Positions 50,501-57,314 of a DNA stretch of 64,000 nucleotides are shown here, piece after piece (position 1 is the first letter of the stretch; every line of letters begins with the position of its first letter). The translations under genes and the position numbers were made by a program. The stretch lies in contig OY761449.1 in the NCBI GenBank assembly GCA_963664375.1, positions 1,746,337-1,810,336 on the forward strand, written 5' to 3'. The notes beneath the pieces are model-generated. The model did not search any database. It was not told the DNA's origin and saw only the letters and a program-made list of their open reading frames with translations. The stretch comes from Dehalococcoidia bacterium (GTDB lineage: Bacteria > Chloroflexota > Dehalococcoidia > Lucifugimonadales > UBA3495).

Positions 50501-51434
50501 CGATGCCTTCCCCAACCTGATCAACCTGCTGGATCAGGGCGTGGAAATGGTGGCCGCCCTGGACGAGTCGCCCGCCGACAACTATGTCGTCAAGCACCTG
50601 TCCGAAGACCTGTCCAGGGCCGAGGAACGCCCTCACCCTAACCCTCTCGCGGAAGGAGAGGGAACTTATGATGAGCGCAGGAGCCAGAGCCTTTACCGCA
50701 TATTCGGCAGCAAGCCCGGCACCTACGGGGCGGGCATCCTGCCGGTGCTGGACGAGCGGAACTGGGAGACCGTGCAGGACCTGGCCGAGGTCTACACCGC
50801 CTGGGGCGGCTACGCCTACACCCAGCAGGATCACGGCGTGAACGCCCGCCCGCAGTTCCGGCGCCGGTTCGGCCAGATTGTCGTCGCCGCCAAGAACCAG
50901 GACACCCGCGAACACGACATCTTCGATAGCGACGACTACATGCAATATCACGGCGGCATGATTGCCACAGTCCGCGCCCTGACCGGGCGCAGCCCGCGCC
51001 AGTTCTTCGGCGACAGCTCCGACCCGTCGCGGGCCAGGAACCGGGACTTGCAGGACGAGGCCCGCCGGGTGTTCCGCACCCGCGTGGTCAACCCCAAGTG
51101 GATCGACTCAATGAAACGCCACGGGTACAAGGGCGCTTTCGAGCTGGCCGCCACCGTCGATTACATGTTCGGCTACGACGCCACGGCGCAGGTCATCGAG
51201 GACTGGATGTACGAGGACGTTACCGAGAGCTACGTCCTTGACCCGGAAACGCAGCAGTTTTTCCAGCAATCCAACCCCTGGGCTCTCAAGGGCATCGTAG
51301 AGCGATTGCTGGAGGCTATCGAACGGGGTCTGTGGGAAGACCCATCCCCCGAAATGCGCGAGAAACTGCAACAACTCTACCTGGAACTGGAAGCCGACCT
51401 GGAAGCCCGGCAGGAGGGCGTCAGCGGTCGGTAG
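47511..51434 (+). CDS. cobN: Cobaltochelatase subunit CobN
   Basis: VALPEFDG, VGLDTP, HLGKHGTLEWLPGK, LPTGRNFY, RISGFFRDAFP, VVNPKWI..HGYKGA. Confidence 0.95.
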   Translation: MQQKSILFITTADTDILTADRAVAALPPGFPRVVALNPSAQRGEGADIVSLAGAAGVVVLRLLGGKRAMPDSFDALVRHCRSEGIPLIACPGHQEWDEDLITACTAPVAEVDTVFSYLMQGGVQNFQNLFLFLSDAYFGTEHGHEAPAPLPWEGIYHPDYPDGTDVETYVAQHFRPAQGEHPELVEGRPPSIGILFYRAHWMSGNLLPIDALIRSLEAKGANVLPVYAFSLKHSPEGDGVANRAFTEYLAAPDGTPRVHCIINTMGMSMGEISQEGAATIRRAPGESGGTPVDYLDNLNVPMVQAIISTGTQDEWLDSDLGLGPIDTAMSVALPEFDGRLISVPISFKEEASADSSGGLSGRLQRYVPRDDRVELVARLAIKQANLALKPNPEKKIAVILSNYPTKDARIGNAVGLDTPNSAVLVLNALKDAGYQVTDIPETGDELVHRIIERCSNDRDSLTEEQLRLAAGHVSSNQYNQWFSTFPDDVAEELSRDWGEPPGQVYRTNGSLAIAGIDLGNVFVGLQPPRGFGENPIAIYHSPDLAPTHHYIAYYRWVRDVFGADAILHLGKHGTLEWLPGKGIGLSPSCYPEVAMDDVPLFYPFIINDPGEGSQAKRRAHATIVDHLIPAMTTADSYGDIARIEQLMDEHYQCQTLDPSKLPLLETQIWEMVQQAELHRDLGIEAQPEDFGEFILEIDGYLCELKDAQIKDGLHILGDAPQGEQLVGLLCALTRLDISGIPSLRRSVAEALGFDYAAVTNDLGQPLSPCAIASLRQYSAAIRQAHDEAAVEPRTNGDAIEYIELMCRQLYREMLNDGFGPESAAPAVHSVLGKPDGQTQSVLAYVAEVVYPALMRTPDEIGNLLRGLEGRYVPPGPSGAPTRGMANILPTGRNFYSVDPKTIPSPAAWETGKQLAQSLLDKYLEEEGAYPEMVGLVVWGTSAMRTHGDDIAQILHLLGVRPKWQAESRRVQGLEVIPLEELGRPRIDVTVRISGFFRDAFPNLINLLDQGVEMVAALDESPADNYVVKHLSEDLSRAEERPHPNPLAEGEGTYDERRSQSLYRIFGSKPGTYGAGILPVLDERNWETVQDLAEVYTAWGGYAYTQQDHGVNARPQFRRRFGQIVVAAKNQDTREHDIFDSDDYMQYHGGMIATVRALTGRSPRQFFGDSSDPSRARNRDLQDEARRVFRTRVVNPKWIDSMKRHGYKGAFELAATVDYMFGYDATAQVIEDWMYEDVTESYVLDPETQQFFQQSNPWALKGIVERLLEAIERGLWEDPSPEMREKLQQLYLELEADLEARQEGVSGR

Positions 51435-51573
51435 TGACGTAGTAGGGGCAACCCTTGTGGTTGCCCTGGTGCCAAGCCGTCCGCAAATACTCAGGGCGCC
51501 CACAAGGGACGCCCCTACGAAGGGAAAGACGACTATTGCTCGCTGAACGCGGGCAGGCTGATGGAGTCCGACA

Positions 51574-51999
51574 ATGGAAATAGCGATGGAGCTGCTGGAG
51601 GAACTGACCGCGGACGAGTCCATGATGTGGGTCGTAGGCGGCGGTTCCGTTGTCAGCGAGAACAATTCCAAGGGAATCCAGAAACCCGAACGGCACAACC
51701 AGTCGATAACGGTCGAGGCGGAGAACTGGCACTTTCACATATCGCTCAACGACGTGGCGGCCATCCAGTTCGTCGAGACCAAGACCCACGGGGAGCGGCT
51801 CAGCTACTACGTGCGTTTCTCCGGGCACGAAGAGCAAACGCTGTTGCGCAGCTATTTCCCCAATCCGTTCCTCGACGAAAACTACAAGCCAACGCCGCTC
51901 CAGCCCGACCGGCTCAAGACGTTCACCGATATGCGAGACAGATACGTGGGCAGGGACGGGATCGAATTCATACACTACATCCCGCCGTCCAAGGACTAG
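51574..51999 (+). CDS. ChuX/HutX-like tetrapyrrole-binding protein
   Basis: WHFHISLNDVAAIQFVE...SYYVRF...LLRSYF resembles HutX H.H....I..I.FV..S..V.F. Confidence 0.6.
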   Translation: MEIAMELLEELTADESMMWVVGGGSVVSENNSKGIQKPERHNQSITVEAENWHFHISLNDVAAIQFVETKTHGERLSYYVRFSGHEEQTLLRSYFPNPFLDENYKPTPLQPDRLKTFTDMRDRYVGRDGIEFIHYIPPSKD

Positions 52000-52095
52000 A
52001 CTCAAGACCCTTGGACATTGGAGTTGCTGGCACACAACATTTCACCCCTACCCCAACCCTCCTCTTGAAGGGAGAGGGAGAATAAGGAGGATTTT

Positions 52096-52302
52096 ATGGC
52101 AGGTATAATCGCGGGTAACATCGGACAGGAGAGACTGTCCAGGCTGGCGCCATGGTTCCTGTTGGCCGTCGTCGTACTGTACTTCGTCGGTTACGTGGAC
52201 GGCACAGTGCATACGGCAGCCTTCGGCGGCAGCAGCGCCGTTCTCGGCGCGGTACACGAGTTCTTCCACCACGCCAGGCACATTGCACTTATGTGCCACT
52301 AG
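52096..52302 (+). CDS. cbtB: Cobalt transporter subunit CbtB-like
   Basis: One TM then HEFFHHARH...CH. Confidence 0.85.
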   Translation: MAGIIAGNIGQERLSRLAPWFLLAVVVLYFVGYVDGTVHTAAFGGSSAVLGAVHEFFHHARHIALMCH

Positions 52303-52425
52303 GGCAGCCTGGCAGATACAGGTTGGCGTCCATTCCGGGAGAGGTGACTTCCTCTCCCGGAGGACACTGAATGGCTTGTATATCACTTGGAGTAATCTGA
52401 TTCCTAATGAGGTAGGGAGCATGCG

Positions 52426-53199
52426 ATGAAAAGGCTGCTATTGACCTCCGTGATAGTCGGTATAGTTGCCGGCCTTCTTGTCGGCGGGTTCTACAACCTG
52501 TTCCAAGTGCCCGTGATGGAGCGGGCCATCGCCCTTGAGGAAGAGCGCGCCGCATCGGTTACGCCTGCGGGCGCGGAGGAGGAAGAGGAAGGCATTCCGG
52601 TCTCCTTGGGCGTGCAGCGTATTGGCATGGTGTTCGGCACCGCCATATACGGTGCTATTCTGGGCCTGTTCTTCTCCGTCGGATTTGTGCTGCTGCACCG
52701 GGCCGCTCCCGGTTGGCCCGTGGTGTGGGTAGCGATCACCGTCGGCGCACTGGGTTTCTGGAGCCTTTCGCTGTTCCCGTTCATCAAGTACCCTCTGAAT
52801 CCACCGGGAGTTGGCGACGAGGCCACACTTCTGGCGCGGCAGTTTGGCCAGACCTTGTTTATGCTCATTTCCGCGGCCGCCATCGGCGTGGCTTTCGACG
52901 CCATTCGCCGCATAAACCAGAACTACGCTGAGTTCTCCACGCGGTGCGCCTGGTATGCCGGAGTAGCGGGCATTTATGCCATACTGGCCCTGGTCATGGT
53001 ATTCGCGTTCCCGGGGAACCCTGACCCTGTGCCCGTCCCCATTGACCTGCTGGAGCTATTCCGTGCCTTGACCATGGCCGGCCAGTTCCTGATTTGGGCC
53101 ATTATGGCCGTCGGCGTAACCCTCGCCTTGCTTTGGCATCAACGGTCGCAGGCCGTTCGAACCTCGGCGCCCGTCCCCGTAACCGGCCTCGCCCGGTAG
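52426..53199 (+). CDS. cbtA: Cobalt transporter subunit CbtA-like
   Basis: P.MERAIALEE, PFIKYPLNPPGVG, LLELFR; 5 TM. Confidence 0.85.
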   Translation: MKRLLLTSVIVGIVAGLLVGGFYNLFQVPVMERAIALEEERAASVTPAGAEEEEEGIPVSLGVQRIGMVFGTAIYGAILGLFFSVGFVLLHRAAPGWPVVWVAITVGALGFWSLSLFPFIKYPLNPPGVGDEATLLARQFGQTLFMLISAAAIGVAFDAIRRINQNYAEFSTRCAWYAGVAGIYAILALVMVFAFPGNPDPVPVPIDLLELFRALTMAGQFLIWAIMAVGVTLALLWHQRSQAVRTSAPVPVTGLAR

Positions 53200-53229
53200 T
53201 CCAACTCGCCATCGCCGAAGGGAAAGCGC

Positions 53230-55422
53230 ATGACCGTCAGCCGAACACAAAACCGCTCTGAGCCGCGCTTTCCCTTTACCGCCATCGTCGGGCAGACGGC
53301 GATGAAGCGGGCGTTGATCCTCAACGCCATCAACACCCGCATTGGCGGCGTGCTCATCCGCGGCAAAAAGGGCACCGCCAAGTCTACCGCCGTCCGCTCC
53401 CTTGCCGCGTTGCTGCCAGAGGTGGACGTGGTGCGCGGATGCCCGTACAGTTGCCACCCCGATAGCCCTGAGCCTCTATGCCCCTGGTGCGAGACACGCG
53501 CCGCGGACGATGCTCCGGCGGTAACGCGGCAGGTGCGCATCGTTGACCTGCCAGTGGGCGCGACCGAAGACCGGCTGGTCGGCTCGCTGGACATTGAGCA
53601 GGCCATACGGAGCGGCAGCCGCAGCTTCGAACCGGGTCTCATCGCCGCCACCCACCGGGGCATCCTGTACGTGGACGAGGTCAACCTGCTCAACGACCAC
53701 CTGGTCGACGTGCTGCTGGACGCCGCCGCCATGGGCCGCAACTACGTGGAGCGCGAGGGCATCTCGGTCAGCCACGCCGCCGAGTTCATCCTGGTCGGCA
53801 CCATGAACCCGGAGGAGGGCGACCTGCGCCCGCAACTGCTGGACCGGTTCGGCCTGGCGGTGGAGGTGGACAGCGCCTTCACGCCCGAGGAACGCCGGGA
53901 AGTGGTCAAGCGCCGCATCGCCTACGAGAGCGATCCTTACGGATTCATTGACCGTTGGCAAGACGCCGAGGCAGAGGAGCGGGAACGAATCCTGCGCAGC
54001 CGGCAACTGCTGGAGCAGGTGAACGTATCCGACGACATCCTCGAGCTCATCACCGACATCTGCGCCGAGTACCAGGTGGATGGCCTGCGGGCCGACATCG
54101 TGATGTACAAAACAGCCAGCACCATCGCCGCCTACGAGGGCCGCGAGCACGTGTTGCCCGAGGACGTTCGGGAAGCGGCCGAGATGGCCCTGCTGCACCG
54201 GCAGCGCCGCCAGCCCTTCCAGCAGCCGCACCTGGTCACCGAGCAACTGGACTCGATGATCGACGAGTTCCAGAACCGCCCGCAAGACCGGGAACCCCGC
54301 GATCAGGACCAGTCGCAGTCTGAGGAGCAGGACGACGGAGATCCTGACTCACCTGACCAGGACGAACAGCCGCCGGAACCGCCCGGCGATTCCGGCCCCC
54401 AGGATCAGCACTTCGAGGTGGGCAACCCGTTCTCGGTACGCTCCCTGCAAGTCAAGCCGCCTGACCACCGGGCGCGTCCCTCCGGCGGCCGCCGCGCCCG
54501 CACCGTCAGCGGCACCCCCTCGGGCCGGTACGTCGGCGCTACCGTGCCACAGGAAAAGGCGTCCGACCTCGCTCTCGACGCGACGCTCAGGGCAGCCGCG
54601 CCGCACCAGTTGCAGCGGCGTTCTCACCCCCACCCTAACCCTCCCCCTGAGGGGGAGGGAACAAATGATGTGCTCCATCGAAGGGAGGGAACTAATGACA
54701 TCCCGGCGTTTCTCGTCGAACCGTGGGACGTGCGGGAGAAGGTGCGGGAGACCAAGACCGGCAGCCTGATCCTGTTCGTCGTTGACGCCAGCGGCTCCAT
54801 GGGCGCACAGCGCCGGATGGTCGCCGTCAAGGGCGCCATCCTGTCCCTGCTGCTGGACGCCTACCAGCGGCGCGACCGGGTGGGGCTGATCGCCTTCCGC
54901 GGCGCCGGGGCGCAGGTGCTTCTCCCTCCCACATCCAGCGTGGACTTGGCCCACGCGATGCTACAGGAGATGCCTACCGGCGGACGGACGCCCCTGAGCC
55001 GTGGCCTGTTGCTGGCTATGGAGGTCATCGAGGCGGAAAAGCAGAAAGACCGGAACGTCCTGCCTCTGCTGGTAGTGCTGTCCGACGGAAGGGCCAACGT
55101 GGCCATGGGCAGCGGCGAGCCCACTCCCGGCCCGGCGGCTCCAGCGGGCTCGGGACTGCCGCTGGCGGAGGCGCGGGCCATGGCGGCGGCCATCAGGGAG
55201 CAGAAAATATCGGCGGTGGTGATTGATACGGAAACGGACTTCCTGCGGCTGGGGCTGGCTGCCACCATCGCCGAGGAAATGGGCGCGCCCTGCCTGAAGC
55301 TGGAGGAACTGCACGCAGACGGCCTGGCCGACGCGGTGCGGCTCCAGATGGCTGCCCCGGAGACATCCCCGCTGACGCCCGGCGAGATACAGGGATTGCT
55401 GGAGCAGATCAAGCTGCAATAG
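53230..55422 (+). CDS. Chelatase ATPase subunit, ChlI/ChlD-like AAA+ fused to vWA
   Basis: FPFTAIVGQ, GKKGTAKST, YVDEVNLL, MNPEEG; Pro/acidic linker; DASGSMG MIDAS. Confidence 0.93.
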   Translation: MTVSRTQNRSEPRFPFTAIVGQTAMKRALILNAINTRIGGVLIRGKKGTAKSTAVRSLAALLPEVDVVRGCPYSCHPDSPEPLCPWCETRAADDAPAVTRQVRIVDLPVGATEDRLVGSLDIEQAIRSGSRSFEPGLIAATHRGILYVDEVNLLNDHLVDVLLDAAAMGRNYVEREGISVSHAAEFILVGTMNPEEGDLRPQLLDRFGLAVEVDSAFTPEERREVVKRRIAYESDPYGFIDRWQDAEAEERERILRSRQLLEQVNVSDDILELITDICAEYQVDGLRADIVMYKTASTIAAYEGREHVLPEDVREAAEMALLHRQRRQPFQQPHLVTEQLDSMIDEFQNRPQDREPRDQDQSQSEEQDDGDPDSPDQDEQPPEPPGDSGPQDQHFEVGNPFSVRSLQVKPPDHRARPSGGRRARTVSGTPSGRYVGATVPQEKASDLALDATLRAAAPHQLQRRSHPHPNPPPEGEGTNDVLHRREGTNDIPAFLVEPWDVREKVRETKTGSLILFVVDASGSMGAQRRMVAVKGAILSLLLDAYQRRDRVGLIAFRGAGAQVLLPPTSSVDLAHAMLQEMPTGGRTPLSRGLLLAMEVIEAEKQKDRNVLPLLVVLSDGRANVAMGSGEPTPGPAAPAGSGLPLAEARAMAAAIREQKISAVVIDTETDFLRLGLAATIAEEMGAPCLKLEELHADGLADAVRLQMAAPETSPLTPGEIQGLLEQIKLQ

Positions 55423-55435
55423 CAGGAAAGACGGA

Positions 55436-55509
55436 TGGCTGCCCCGCCTGGGCTCGAACCAGGGATTCCAGCTCCAAAGGCTGGCGTGCTACCACTACAC
55501 CACGGGGCA
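55436..55509 (-). tRNA. tRNA-Gln (anticodon TTG)
   Basis: TGCCCCG acceptor stem, CCAGC-CTTTGGA-GCTGG anticodon arm, GGTTCGAG, encoded CCA. Confidence 0.95.
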
Positions 55510-55874
55510 ACGCGGCTACCTGCTATCCATTGTGCTTTCCGACGTTCCGCGCGTCAAGGGCGCCAGCCACTCTTGTAACGCATTCCAATAGTAGTTACGC
55601 AGTTGGAAAAAATTCCCTCCCCCTTGAGGGGGAGGGTTAGGGTGGGGGTGAAATCCTCGCATAAGACACCGTATCCAACTGCGTAACTCCTATCCAATTG
55701 AATTTGTCCTTCAGGCGCCCGTCATTCCGGCTTTCACCGGAACGGCGGTTTGCGATGCCATTCGAAGTCGGAATGCCATTGCCCTGGTCTCTCTTCCAGT
55801 GGGTTCGGCAGTCAACGCTACGATGCGGCAGTGCTATAATCGTCGGGAAGTCAGCGGACTCGAGGGAGGGTAGC

Positions 55875-56639
55875 GTGCGGATCGCGCTGTTGCACATCGC
55901 GCCGGAAACCGGCGACATCAAGCACAACCGTAAGCTGATCGAGCGGGGAGTCGCTGCGGCTGCCGAGGCCGGGGCGCAGTGGGCCATCACGCCGGAACTG
56001 TGCGTTCCGGGCTACCTGTTCCTGAAGACCATCGGGACCGGCTGGATCAATCCACAGCCCGACCTCTGGATGACCGGGTTCCAGGAATTCGTTAGGCAGC
56101 AGGGCATCACCGTGTTCCTGTCGCACCCGGAGCTGGATCCGGCGTCTGGGAGAATGTACAACACGGTGTTCGTCATCGGGCCGGACGGCGAGATTACTGG
56201 CCGTCATCGCAAGATCAAGGCGCTGGGGGGTGCCGAAGCGTGGTCAAGCCCAGGCTGGAAAATCAGCCCGCTGCCATGCGACGGCGTCAAGACCGGCATC
56301 CTGGTCTGCGCCGACGCCTACAAGAACGACGTGGCCGAGGTGCTGGTCGGCAAGGGCGCACAGGTGCTGGTGTCGCCGGTGTCGTGGGGGCCCGGCGGCT
56401 GCGGCCCCGACGGCGAATGGGAGGAGCGGTCGGCGCAGACCGGCCTGCCCATCTTCGTCTGCAACCGCACCGGCGTGGAGCCGCGGGAGCTCGACTACCG
56501 CGAGGCCGAGAGCGTTGTAGCCCAACACGGCCGCCGCCTGCTGGAGGCGACGTCTGACCGCTCGGTGGTATTGACCTTCGACTGGGACATGGAGACCATG
56601 ACGTTACAGTCGGAGGATTTCGAGCGGACGTATTTGTAG
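55875..56639 (+). CDS. Carbon-nitrogen hydrolase family protein
   Basis: E-K-C triad: TPELC, HRKIK, LVCAD; TGCTATAAT at 55832-55840 upstream. Confidence 0.9.
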   Translation: MRIALLHIAPETGDIKHNRKLIERGVAAAAEAGAQWAITPELCVPGYLFLKTIGTGWINPQPDLWMTGFQEFVRQQGITVFLSHPELDPASGRMYNTVFVIGPDGEITGRHRKIKALGGAEAWSSPGWKISPLPCDGVKTGILVCADAYKNDVAEVLVGKGAQVLVSPVSWGPGGCGPDGEWEERSAQTGLPIFVCNRTGVEPRELDYREAESVVAQHGRRLLEATSDRSVVLTFDWDMETMTLQSEDFERTYL

Positions 56640-56785
56640 TTCTGGGGATTTGGAATAGGACTTACGCAGTTGCAACCTGTTCCCTCTCCCTCCGGGAGAG
56701 GGTTAGGGTGAGGGCGTCCCCTTCAACTCAGTAAGTCCTATTGGAAAAGGCTTACAATTGCGTCTTTCAGGCGTCCACCCCCACC

Positions 56786-57223
56786 CTAACCCTCCCGCTC
56801 AGGGGGAGGGAATTGCGTGAGATGATCGAGGAACCGCCGCAGGATGAGCACCGCGGCGGTTTCGTCTATGGCGCCCCTGTCCCGGGACGGCTGTACCCCG
56901 GCATCCCGCAGCAGGCCCTCGGCCTCCTGACTGGTGAAGGCCTCGTCGACTTCGTGGACGGGCAGCGGCGACTCGCGGCGCAGGGCGCGGATGAAGCCGC
57001 GCACGTACTTGGTCTGGGGGGATTCCTCGCCGCCCGGACGTATCGGAACGCCGACGACTATCGCGTCGGACTGGCGCTGACTGGCCGCGTCGAGCACGGC
57101 GCGTATGTCGGCGGCCAGCCGGGTGCGGTGGATGACACCCGCGGGCAGCGCGGTGCCAACGTCATCGACCCCGGACGCCAGGCCGATGCGCCGTTCGCCA
57201 ACGTCAAGGGCGAGTAGCCTCAC
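56786..57223 (-). CDS. ruvX: Holliday junction resolvase-like RuvX/YqgF
   Basis: LALDVGERRIGLA, VVGVP, VDEAFTS, IDETAAVLIL; follows alaS. Confidence 0.92.
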   Translation of the reverse strand: MRLLALDVGERRIGLASGVDDVGTALPAGVIHRTRLAADIRAVLDAASQRQSDAIVVGVPIRPGGEESPQTKYVRGFIRALRRESPLPVHEVDEAFTSQEAEGLLRDAGVQPSRDRGAIDETAAVLILRRFLDHLTQFPPPEREG

Positions 57224-57314
57224 GGAGCCAGCGGTCCTGGATTCCCGATTTCGCGGGAATGACGATTGCCGCGCTGCGAGGCGCTCAAGACGCTGCGAGC
57301 AACGCCTTGAGACA

